Below are positions 19,205 to 28,286 of a stretch of DNA of 64,000 nucleotides, piece by piece (position 1 is the stretch's first letter; each line of letters opens with the position of its first letter). The notes below the pieces were generated by a model, which was not told the DNA's origin, did no database searches, and saw only the letters and a program-made list of their open reading frames with translations. Location: NCBI GenBank assembly GCA_964551725.1, contig CAZKED010000001.1, positions 1 to 64,000 of the forward strand. The letters run 5' to 3'. A program made the position numbers and the translations under genes. This stretch comes from an uncultured archaeon (lineage in GTDB: Archaea; Iainarchaeota; Iainarchaeia; Iainarchaeales; DTGL01).

Positions 19205-20470
19205 ATGATTGAAAAGTTTAATTTTCACTGGCGTAAGGACTTCTTTTATAATTTTCCAAAAAAGAGGGCGCTGTTCCACGAACTCGCAAGGGAGATTGGC
19301 TCAAAGCAGATTGTTTCAGTCATTGGGCTGAGGAGAACCGGCAAAACCACGATTTTAAAGCAATTGATTGACCACTTAATAAAATCAGGCAAGGCAGAAA
19401 GGGAACACATTTTATTCTATTCCTTTGACGAAGAACAGCCAAGGATAGAAGAGCTCCTGCAGGAATTCGAGGCAAGGCTGGGAAAGGAACTGCTGGAGAT
19501 GAAGGGCAGGGCCTTTGTTTTCCTGGACGAAATCCAAAAGCTCGAAAACTGGCAGAACCAAGTGAAATACTACTACGACCACTACAAAAACATAAAATTC
19601 TTCATAAGCGGCTCTTCCTCCCTCTTCATCCAAAAACATGCCAGAGAATCCCTTGCCGGAAGAATCTACGAATTTGAACTAAAACCATTGAACTTCAAGG
19701 AATTCCTAGAATTCAGGGGCAAAAAAGACTTGCTGGAAAAAAAAGGCTTATTCCAAGAAACACTGAAAAAAGAGTTCTCAGCCTTCCAAAAAAGGCAATT
19801 CATTGAAACAGTGAACGAAAACGAGGAAAGAATTGCAAAATACTGCAAGTCATTGATTGAAAAAATAGTCTTCCAGGACATTCCAAAAACATTCCCAATC
19901 GAACGCGAAACACTCCTCTTAAAAATACTGAACATTGTTGCCTCAAACCCGGGAATGCTCTCTGATTATGGCTCAATGTCAAGAGAACTCGGAACCAACA
20001 GGGTAACGCTGTCCAACTACTTCCATTACCTGAAAGAATCCTTCCTCCTCAAAAAAACATACAATTTCTCAAAAAACAAGCTCACATCAGAGAAAAAAAT
20101 GAAAAAATTCTACCTCACAACACCCTCCTTCTTTCCCTACCTAAACAATTCAATAAGCGAATCAAAACTCGTTGAAAACATGATAGTTACAGCAACTGAC
20201 GCGAAATTCTTCTGGAGAACACCCCAAAAATACGAAGTAGACCTAGTGCTCTCAAAAGGCAAAGAAATACTGCCGGTTGAGGTAAAATACAAGGAACACA
20301 TTCAAGAAAAAGACTCAAAAAACCTGCAAAGGTTCTGCAAGAAATTCAACTGTAAAAAAGCAACAATGGTCACAAAAAACAAAACAGGAAAAAAAACCCT
20401 CAAACCAAAAAACGGAAAAAAACTCCAAATCGAATTCATTCCCGCCTGGAAATTCCTGCTGGAACTTTAG
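19205..20470 (+). CDS. COG1373-type AAA+ ATPase (AAA_14 + DUF4143, wHTH, C-terminal PD-(D/E)XK-like motif)
   Basis: Walker A GLRRTGKTT, Walker B FLDEIQ, ISGSSS, LAGR, EVDLV...PVEVKY; A-rich, lower-GC coding sequence. Confidence 0.9.
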   Translation: MIEKFNFHWRKDFFYNFPKKRALFHELAREIGSKQIVSVIGLRRTGKTTILKQLIDHLIKSGKAEREHILFYSFDEEQPRIEELLQEFEARLGKELLEMKGRAFVFLDEIQKLENWQNQVKYYYDHYKNIKFFISGSSSLFIQKHARESLAGRIYEFELKPLNFKEFLEFRGKKDLLEKKGLFQETLKKEFSAFQKRQFIETVNENEERIAKYCKSLIEKIVFQDIPKTFPIERETLLLKILNIVASNPGMLSDYGSMSRELGTNRVTLSNYFHYLKESFLLKKTYNFSKNKLTSEKKMKKFYLTTPSFFPYLNNSISESKLVENMIVTATDAKFFWRTPQKYEVDLVLSKGKEILPVEVKYKEHIQEKDSKNLQRFCKKFNCKKATMVTKNKTGKKTLKPKNGKKLQIEFIPAWKFLLEL

Positions 20471-20486
20471 CCGCGCAACAATTTTT

Positions 20487-23400
20487 TTAACCGCAGTCCA
20501 TTTCCCTGAGTTCTTCCTCCAGCTCTCCCTTTCTTTCCTGGAGGTAGCGGTATAATTCTTCCTGGTAGGCGAGCGCTGCCCTGTACTGTCCCAGCGTTTC
20601 CTCCTTTTCTTCAAACTCCGCTTTTCTCTCGGGCCAGAAAAACCACATCCAAGAGGTAAACCTCAAAGAGCCAAGTTCCATATCCAAAGATGCCGCTCTG
20701 GAAGAAAGCCTCCCGATATTTCCGTTAACAGTGTCCAGCGCTTCTTCCACTTGGGCAAGCTCGCTTTCTTTCTGCTCGCATTCACCCATATCGCCAAATG
20801 CCAAGGCATAGGCGCCCAACTGTGTTCCCAGGAAATTCTGCATTTCGGAAACAACTGAGGCTCTGAAGGAACTCCAGTCCGCTACAAGTTCGTCAAGTCT
20901 TCTTTCAGTTTCCGCAATTGCATCCCAGATGGAGTCATCCTCAGCAGGAAGCTCGATACTGTCGTAATTTGAGGCCTCCATTTCATCACCATATCTTTCC
21001 CTTAGAGGGCGCAAAACGTTTAGTCTGTAATGCCTCGGAACATCTGAATATATGAATATCCTCCTAGATATCTCTTCAAGGAACTCTTCCCCAACTAAAG
21101 AATAATCTTGGGGAATGTTCCATTTGGCGCCCCAGTAGTCCCATAGCACTGATCCATCATCAATATTCTGTTCGAGTTTTGAAAGTTCTTGCCCAATATT
21201 TCCTGGTTTGCTTGTAAAGGAAACTGTTTCTGTCCATGTGGACCCATATTCCATTTCGCCCCGGAGGGCTCTTTTAAGCCTTGCGATGTGACCTTTGAGC
21301 GAATAGAGTTCTGTCTCATTTAGAAGTCCTAACCTGATTACTGTATCGATATAGTCAATTATACTTGCCTCCAATGAAAGCCTTTGAGCTTCTTTTGAAA
21401 TTTCCTGATATAACAATAAAGTGTCTGCATCAATCTGGATTGCTTGGTAGTATTGGTTAAGAACCTGTCGGGATTGAGGCAGACCATGGAAATTATCCAC
21501 AATAACTATTGTCTCTTCAACCGGTCTTCCGCCCACCGTTTCAATTCCCGCTTCTCTCAAAAGCGCCAGCAATCTCTCCTCTTGTTCAGCATTCCTCACC
21601 CCGAACCCAACTAGCATGTCTAAAGAAACATTTGACATCGATGCACCTTCTAAAATAGCAGGATTCCATATATTCAGCCTAGGCTCTGTTGCTATCCCAA
21701 TCCCCGCTTCCCTTAGCGATATTTCTGTGACATCTTCCCGGAAAGCCATGTCTTGATAGTAACGCTCTGTGTCCCGCAGCAATCTGAACTTTTCTTCAAG
21801 GTCTGTTACTGCCTGCCGGGCTTCTTCAGCTATTGATTGTTCTCCAGTAGTTCTGTTTACTCTGTAAGTTTCAATCCTCCTCACTTCGGTTGTTATCTCT
21901 GGCAAACCAAGCTCGGTCCGCTTTGCATTATCCGTCAACAGGTTGATGCTTTCCTCATCTTCTGCCACAGGGACACTAGTTATTGAAGTAAAAAAAATAT
22001 CGTGTAAAAGTTCTGGACCAAAATAAAGCGCAACAGTGTCTCCTGTTTCCGACAAAGTGCTTAAACCAAACCTGTCAAATTCTACATCCCCATAACTGAC
22101 ATAAACTCCTTTTGTACCTCTTTCTGCTTCAATTTCTCCTTTTTCCATAATCTCTCCCAATCTGTCAAGACTGGTGACATGCGCCCACGGATAGTCAAGC
22201 AATGGGACATCACCTGCGCTCTCGGATCCCGCGCTATCGGGCTTTTCATAGTATTTTCCTTGTATTGGTCCCGCGGAAGAAATGGGGTCCTCGGCTCCGC
22301 TACTTTCCGCCTCGGCGTGATAAACTGTCGGCAGGAGGTCGCGCGGGATTGGCTCTATTACTTCCCCGAGTAAATCCTGGTCAATGAGCGATTCGGGGAA
22401 AGTTTCAATGATAGGCTCGGGTTCGGTTACACCAGGAAAAGTTTCAATGTCAGGCCCTGATTCCGGTGCACGGGGAAAAACAAACGTAATAGGTTTTTGC
22501 TCTTCCAAGACAACTGACCTGTGAATGCTCGGAATTTCCACGTAAAAAGTTCTGCCGCGCATTGCTTCCCCCATATTGACCGCCAATAAGTAAAGACCAG
22601 TGGCACCAAGAACTACGAGAGCCGCGGCTCCGCCGGAAACCGCGGCAGCACCCGAAGTCGAAAGCACCAATCCCATGCCGCCCATTGAAGAGGACTTCCA
22701 ATACGTTCCCTCTGAGGACTGGCTTACCAGAGTTCCCTCGGGAACCAAGACAACTATGTTGCCGACTGTTCGGGAAGGATTCTGCACTTCTCCGACAGCA
22801 GGAATTGCTGCCATGAGCGAAATTTCGGTGAGCTCGTCCAGTTCCTCCAATGCATTCTGGAATTCTTCCTCAGATACCTCGACTTTTTCACCGGAAGCGG
22901 TGGCCAGTTCATAGGAGTCCTCCGAAACCTTTGTTGCGGAAACAAGCATGTTATCAACCGCGACAGTGGAGAAAGTCATCCTCTCTGCTTCAGGAATGCA
23001 AACGTTTGTGAAAGGGGTGCAGTACTCGCCCCAACCACAGCCGCAAGTGGAAGTGCATTCAACGCATATGCCAGAGGAAACATCGCAGCAGGGAAAATCG
23101 GGATTGCCGAAGCAGCCTACGAATTCGCTGCAGGCGCTGGTTTTCTCTTCTCCCTGCTCGGCGGGTTCCTGCCCGAGGACAGGGAAGCCGAAAAGAATTC
23201 CGCTGAAAAAATCAAGCACTGTTTCAATCAAGCCCTTTTGCTCCTGCTCGGGGGAAGGAGAGGATGAGGGCATTTCTCCAATGCCCTTTCCTCCTTCAAA
23301 TGGTTCAATCTGGCATACTCTTTCCGCCAATGGAAGGGAATAGCCCGCGGCAGTCATGCCGTCGTAAAATCCGAGAATTTCTTCAGTATAGGATTCATAA

Positions 23401-26198
23401 ATTTCGCTTTCCCGCAGTGCGGAAAGGGCTTCCTGCACCGAGCCTGTTCTGCCCTGCTCCCAGGGAATCTTTTGCACTCCTGTTTTTCCCTCATGGTATG
23501 CTGTTACAACAATTTCCATTTTCTCTCTCGCAGAGAGAGCTTCGAATGCCTGCCTTGAAAGATGCTCCCCATTCCACCACCACATGTTATCGTACAACCA
23601 TTTCAAATACGCTGTACCGACCTGAATGTTCTGGCACACATTATAAGGATTGTCTATTTCAATTCCAAGCAAACGGGCCTGGGCTATTGCTCCATTACCA
23701 TTTAACTGCATTAGGCCGCGGTCTCCTGTCCGGCTCCTAGCATTCGGGTTAAAGCGGCTTTCCTTCCAAGCAACAGCGAAAGCGAGTTCCGGCTCCACTG
23801 TGAAAAGCCTGCTTGTTCCAAGTGCCCTGAAATCCGTTGAATTCATTTTTTCCGCATAATACGGGAAAAGAACGTTGAGGTAATCCATTAAATTACACAT
23901 TTCCTGCTCCAGGTAATAATCTCCATAAAATGCTTCCGAATCGTTTGGGATGCCGTAGAATTCTGCCTGCTTTTCCCTGTAGAGCGCGAAATCATCGGCT
24001 TCGATTTCCTGCTCGGTATAACCATACAGCAGTTCCTCCAGCCCGGAGTTGTCGCATGCGCCTGTTTCCCCCGCTTCCGGTTTTTCTGCTTCCGCCTGCT
24101 CCAGGAAATACTCGGAATTCCATTTTAGTTCCATTTCTTTGCCGTCCTCGGACAAGTGGGCGCACATTTTTCCGGAGCGGATTTCCTCAACGTATCCCTC
24201 AAAGGAAAACTCAGAAACATTGCTCCACAGGGAAAGCACTGAATCCTCGCGGTATCGCATGAACTCGTTTGACTGAATTATCTGCTCTTCCTGCTCGCCG
24301 TCAAACCTGTAGAGCTTTATTTGCGCGCTTCCTTCCCCTCCTTCCGAGGGATGGAAGCACAGTGCCTGCATTTGCACTGCCGGAGGAACAAACACAACGG
24401 TTTCTGGGTTGAGAGCGGGTTCTGGCAAATCCAATTGCACAACCCATTTGTCGGAATTCCAGCCATCGCACCACCCAGATGTTTCTACAAGCTGGTCTTC
24501 CGTTCCATAGCGCCATTTGTTGAGATACAGAGGCTCTTCCCCCAGGGAACCATACTCGCTCCTCGAGAATTCGTTCCCCAAATCGAAGTATGAATAGTAA
24601 AGCCAGCCGGGCGCGTCCGCCGAAACCTGGAGCGCAGCAGGCACCAATTCATTGAATTCAACGCTGAATATCTGCTCGCGGGTTTCCTCGTTGAAATGAG
24701 TGGAAACCCTTTCCTCTTCTTTTATTCCAAGCACTTTTCCTCCAACATCGCTGCGCGTGCCCGCATAGTCTTCGCTGAGCAGGTATTCCAGTTTTTTTGC
24801 TTCTCCCCTGTGCCCTCCACTGGGATGTTTCAAGTGATAAACTCCCTTGCTGTCCAAGGGAATTTTGGTAGTTCTGACACCGCTTTCAAGCCTGTCCTCA
24901 TAGAGCATTCCATAACCTTCCCTCGTCGGGTTGAGTGCAAGAGCGTGCAGGCCTAGCGCTCCGTCAAAGGGCATCTGAAAAAGGATGTTTTCTGCATAGT
25001 GCTCATTAACCTCGGCCAAGGGGGTGAATTTTTTTGAATCAATTGAGATGTTCCCAAGGGAATAATTGTTTTCACTCTCAATCCCTGCGTTCAGTTCAAC
25101 CAAGTACTGCCCTGCTTCCACTCCGCTGTCTTCAGAAAAATTGAATTCCCAGTCGTTCACGTTGAATCCCGTGAGATCCCTGCCGTAAACCTTCTGGAAA
25201 TCGCTCTTGAAATCCGCACTGAAACCGTCGCGCTTGAGGTTCGCGGTGAAAGGAGCCAATGGACTGAAGCCGTCAAGCGAGGGCAGACCGCTTCTCTCCA
25301 CGGCATTCTGCCTCACGAATTCCTCCAGTTCGGGGCTTTCCCAGAGCTGAGGGCTGTTTCTTATTCCCACAATGAGTTCAGCGCTGCCGAATAATCCGAG
25401 GAAACCAGCGCATTCCCCGCCGCCGGCGCTGCAGGAAGAGGCAATTGCGTCATATGAATCAAGCACTGAATCCAGGCCAGCGAGCCTTTTGCCGTTTAAT
25501 TCGGTTGAAATTCCTTCCAGCGAGGCGGAAAATTCATCGCTCCCTGCAACCATTACAACTGATTCAGAATTGAATGCCTCGCCGCATTCCCGCGAGAGCA
25601 GGGCGGAAACCGCGTCCTTCAATCCTCCAGACTGCTCGGAGTTCTGAATCCTTTCAGTCATCGTGTTTGAAACAAAGGAAAGGTCCGCGCTGCAGTTGCC
25701 TGAATCGCCATAATCAAGCACTCCGCCTTCTTTCCCGACAAAGAAAAGAACGCCCTCGCCGGCAGCAATCGAAACCTGCTGCTTCGAAATCCTGTACAGT
25801 TTGCCCAGTTCGTCAATCTCGCCCAGGTCAACAGCGCTTTCAATTTCCTCGGGCACGCTTTCAAACACCGCGGGGAGGAATTCACTCTCAATGAATTCAA
25901 AGTCCTTCGTCAACTGAAGGGCGAATTGGGCGGCATCGCAGTAATATCCGCTGCCCCCGTCCGCGCGCGCCACGCAGTCGTTTGGTTGAATCGCAAATTC
26001 CTCTGACAAAAGCGGCTCCTCGGTTGAATGCAGCCATGAGAATTTCAGGCGGTCGAAGCCGAACTGCCGGAATGCCGCTTCCCCGGTAAAATATTCCGCG
26101 CCGTTTTCGGATGTGCAGGACTGCACTTCCTGTGCAAAAGAGAGGGGAAAACAAAAAGCGAGAAGGAGAACGAAAAAAAGGAAAAAATTTCCTTTCAC
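20487..26198 (-). CDS. 1903-aa secreted multidomain protein with lytic transglycosylase (SLT) domain and putative ADP-ribosyltransferase-like domain
   Basis: Signal peptide ending SFA-QE; SLT motifs AVAWKESRFNPNARS..GDRGLMQL, NIQVGTAYL, TAYHEG; Cys-rich segment; G/A-rich hydrophobic stretch; WAHVTS..L..I...G.I...GVYVS; C-terminal coiled coil. Confidence 0.85.
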   Translation of the reverse strand: MKGNFFLFFVLLLAFCFPLSFAQEVQSCTSENGAEYFTGEAAFRQFGFDRLKFSWLHSTEEPLLSEEFAIQPNDCVARADGGSGYYCDAAQFALQLTKDFEFIESEFLPAVFESVPEEIESAVDLGEIDELGKLYRISKQQVSIAAGEGVLFFVGKEGGVLDYGDSGNCSADLSFVSNTMTERIQNSEQSGGLKDAVSALLSRECGEAFNSESVVMVAGSDEFSASLEGISTELNGKRLAGLDSVLDSYDAIASSCSAGGGECAGFLGLFGSAELIVGIRNSPQLWESPELEEFVRQNAVERSGLPSLDGFSPLAPFTANLKRDGFSADFKSDFQKVYGRDLTGFNVNDWEFNFSEDSGVEAGQYLVELNAGIESENNYSLGNISIDSKKFTPLAEVNEHYAENILFQMPFDGALGLHALALNPTREGYGMLYEDRLESGVRTTKIPLDSKGVYHLKHPSGGHRGEAKKLEYLLSEDYAGTRSDVGGKVLGIKEEERVSTHFNEETREQIFSVEFNELVPAALQVSADAPGWLYYSYFDLGNEFSRSEYGSLGEEPLYLNKWRYGTEDQLVETSGWCDGWNSDKWVVQLDLPEPALNPETVVFVPPAVQMQALCFHPSEGGEGSAQIKLYRFDGEQEEQIIQSNEFMRYREDSVLSLWSNVSEFSFEGYVEEIRSGKMCAHLSEDGKEMELKWNSEYFLEQAEAEKPEAGETGACDNSGLEELLYGYTEQEIEADDFALYREKQAEFYGIPNDSEAFYGDYYLEQEMCNLMDYLNVLFPYYAEKMNSTDFRALGTSRLFTVEPELAFAVAWKESRFNPNARSRTGDRGLMQLNGNGAIAQARLLGIEIDNPYNVCQNIQVGTAYLKWLYDNMWWWNGEHLSRQAFEALSAREKMEIVVTAYHEGKTGVQKIPWEQGRTGSVQEALSALRESEIYESYTEEILGFYDGMTAAGYSLPLAERVCQIEPFEGGKGIGEMPSSSPSPEQEQKGLIETVLDFFSGILFGFPVLGQEPAEQGEEKTSACSEFVGCFGNPDFPCCDVSSGICVECTSTCGCGWGEYCTPFTNVCIPEAERMTFSTVAVDNMLVSATKVSEDSYELATASGEKVEVSEEEFQNALEELDELTEISLMAAIPAVGEVQNPSRTVGNIVVLVPEGTLVSQSSEGTYWKSSSMGGMGLVLSTSGAAAVSGGAAALVVLGATGLYLLAVNMGEAMRGRTFYVEIPSIHRSVVLEEQKPITFVFPRAPESGPDIETFPGVTEPEPIIETFPESLIDQDLLGEVIEPIPRDLLPTVYHAEAESSGAEDPISSAGPIQGKYYEKPDSAGSESAGDVPLLDYPWAHVTSLDRLGEIMEKGEIEAERGTKGVYVSYGDVEFDRFGLSTLSETGDTVALYFGPELLHDIFFTSITSVPVAEDEESINLLTDNAKRTELGLPEITTEVRRIETYRVNRTTGEQSIAEEARQAVTDLEEKFRLLRDTERYYQDMAFREDVTEISLREAGIGIATEPRLNIWNPAILEGASMSNVSLDMLVGFGVRNAEQEERLLALLREAGIETVGGRPVEETIVIVDNFHGLPQSRQVLNQYYQAIQIDADTLLLYQEISKEAQRLSLEASIIDYIDTVIRLGLLNETELYSLKGHIARLKRALRGEMEYGSTWTETVSFTSKPGNIGQELSKLEQNIDDGSVLWDYWGAKWNIPQDYSLVGEEFLEEISRRIFIYSDVPRHYRLNVLRPLRERYGDEMEASNYDSIELPAEDDSIWDAIAETERRLDELVADWSSFRASVVSEMQNFLGTQLGAYALAFGDMGECEQKESELAQVEEALDTVNGNIGRLSSRAASLDMELGSLRFTSWMWFFWPERKAEFEEKEETLGQYRAALAYQEELYRYLQERKGELEEELREMDCG

Positions 26199-26208
26199 TC
26201 AAAAAACC

Positions 26209-27702
26209 TCAGTTTCCTGCGCCAGCCCAGTTCCCGAACAACGCTGCTCCTAAGTTCCACTGGATGCAGGCAAGGCACTGGAGTATGCTGCTGCATGAAT
26301 CGCACTCGCTCGGCGCTGTTAACTGCTGGGTTATTCCTGTGATTGCCCCTGCAGCGCTTTCCGGAAGCTGCGCTCCCGCGCTTGGCTCTTCTTCCACCGT
26401 GCCCTCGATTCTTATCGCCACAGTGTTCGACCATTCCGCCGGAATTCCGTCCCTTTCGGTGTACAGTCCTACGTAAAGGCGGCCGAATTCCTCAATGTTG
26501 TCAGACCAGAAATCATCCGCTGTCTCTGCGGAAAGGGAAAAATCGAACGGATTGGAAAAATCAAACGATTCGGGAATCTCAAAGCCCTCAAGGTTTGACA
26601 GGAATTGCTGCCTTATTCTTTCGTTTTCTGGATTATTGCTGTAGGGGTAAGTGGGTTCCGCGTCAGAATCCCATATGGGGTAAACGGAAACAAAGGCAAA
26701 GATTCTTTCAGGAGCACATTCCTCGGAAACGCTTGCGGTGATGGAGAAATCGTTGCCCGATTCAAGGTCCGCCTGGGTTTCGCTTGGAACCTGGAAAACA
26801 AGCGAATCCGGCTCTTCCTGCGAGAAAACGCTCTCTCCGTTGAATGAAACGGACGTAATGCGCGGATTGCACTCCCCTTCCCTGATTTCTGTAACCGGCA
26901 GGTCGGGGTCCTGATACCCTGGTTCCTCTTCTTCGGCTTCTTCCTCAACTTCAACGTTCAAATAAGCGCCTTCCAATCCCAGTTCCTCCAAGTCGTCAAA
27001 AGAGGAAAGCCATTCAGTGTGCTCTTCCCAGCCTCCCGCATTCCTGCGTAAAGCTATTTTGAAATGAACAATCATTTTTCCTTCTTCCTCGTCGGGAACC
27101 CATACATTGAACGGCTGACCGGTGGTGCTAGTCCTCGTTTCAATTTTCATTTTCCCTCCTTCAATGGAAGTAACGTAAAAAACAAGCATTCCTGAATCAC
27201 CGAGTTCACAGCGGGAAACCACGTCTCCAGCGCCTTGTTTGGGGGGCTCTGATTCGTTTCCGTAAGCCTTGAGCCACTGCGCCGCGGCAATAATTCCCGG
27301 AGAGCAGTTCAGGGCCTTGTAGCCCTCTTTTATGTTCTTTACCTTGTAGCCTTCGCCTCTCCAATACCTTGCCGCTATTTTCACCAGTGGCACAGTGTAT
27401 GATATTGTTCCGCCCCATTCAATTGTTTCATAGGAAGGCGTTATGCCGTAAAGCACAAGTCTGTATTTTTCAGCGTGGTTTGGGTTTAGGGAGCGCAGGT
27501 TTGAATTTGACGCGTCGATTTCGAGGGCAGGCAGGTCTTCGGGGGAAACGTTCAAGCCAGAGCCGAGGATTGCTTCCTCTCCCGCAGACCAAGGGTAGTC
27601 ATCTTTCTCAGCCGGGATTTCGTAAACGAATGTGAACGCATTGCTGCCGCTGAGAAGAAGCAGGAAAGCGAGTGCTACGGGGAGTGCCTTTTTCATGCGC
27701 AT
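26209..27702 (-). CDS. Secreted acidic protein, partial paralog of 28283-30451
   Basis: Signal peptide; GMLVFYVTSIEG...HFKIALR...WLSSFDDLEE resembles the repeat in the 722-aa protein; C-terminal CxxCxxxxxCxxC. Confidence 0.8.
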   Translation of the reverse strand: MRMKKALPVALAFLLLLSGSNAFTFVYEIPAEKDDYPWSAGEEAILGSGLNVSPEDLPALEIDASNSNLRSLNPNHAEKYRLVLYGITPSYETIEWGGTISYTVPLVKIAARYWRGEGYKVKNIKEGYKALNCSPGIIAAAQWLKAYGNESEPPKQGAGDVVSRCELGDSGMLVFYVTSIEGGKMKIETRTSTTGQPFNVWVPDEEEGKMIVHFKIALRRNAGGWEEHTEWLSSFDDLEELGLEGAYLNVEVEEEAEEEEPGYQDPDLPVTEIREGECNPRITSVSFNGESVFSQEEPDSLVFQVPSETQADLESGNDFSITASVSEECAPERIFAFVSVYPIWDSDAEPTYPYSNNPENERIRQQFLSNLEGFEIPESFDFSNPFDFSLSAETADDFWSDNIEEFGRLYVGLYTERDGIPAEWSNTVAIRIEGTVEEEPSAGAQLPESAAGAITGITQQLTAPSECDSCSSILQCLACIQWNLGAALFGNWAGAGN

Positions 27703-28286
27703 TTCTCCTTTATTGAATTGAATCCTTCCCTGAGCGATTCAATTTCCTCCTGCGGAAGGGATTCCCCCTCCACTGATGAAAAATCAATTGCAGCGGCTTC
27801 GCCGGGATATGAAGAAACAAAAGCGTTTGCCAGTGAAACATACTCGTTGTAATAGGTTATGTTTTCTTCCGCTTTGGCGAGAAGGTCTTCGTATTCCTGC
27901 AGGTAAGCGCAGCTGGCGGCTGTTTGCGCGGGCAGTGATTCCATCAGGGAACCCAGTTCCTTTTTTGAAATAATGTAGTCGGTGAGAACAATATATGCGC
28001 TGCTCAAATCCGCGAGCGCCGGGGATGTACACTGTGAATTATAGGAGGAAAGACTGCTTTTTATTGACTGGAGTTTTTCGGTTGAAAGAGCCTCCAGTTC
28101 GGGGGCAGAGGAATGGTAAAACAGCCTGTTGAAGCCGGCATTCTTCCACGCGGAACTCATTTCGTCATACTGCTTTTCAAAAGTGCTCTGCTGCATTGCC
28201 GGCAGCAGGAAGAACGCCCCTGCAATCAGTGCGAGTACAACCAGCAAAACAAAAAAATTGAACCACTTTCTTTCCACTAAAATCAC
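27693..28286 (-). CDS. N-terminally anchored helical protein, paralog of 30442-31029
   Basis: TM helix then FEKQYDEMSSAWKNAG..FYH...L...Y..L.DY....C...YV..A..F...P, collinear with the 195-aa protein. Confidence 0.8.
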   Translation of the reverse strand: MILVERKWFNFFVLLVVLALIAGAFFLLPAMQQSTFEKQYDEMSSAWKNAGFNRLFYHSSAPELEALSTEKLQSIKSSLSSYNSQCTSPALADLSSAYIVLTDYIISKKELGSLMESLPAQTAASCAYLQEYEDLLAKAEENITYYNEYVSLANAFVSSYPGEAAAIDFSSVEGESLPQEEIESLREGFNSIKEKCA

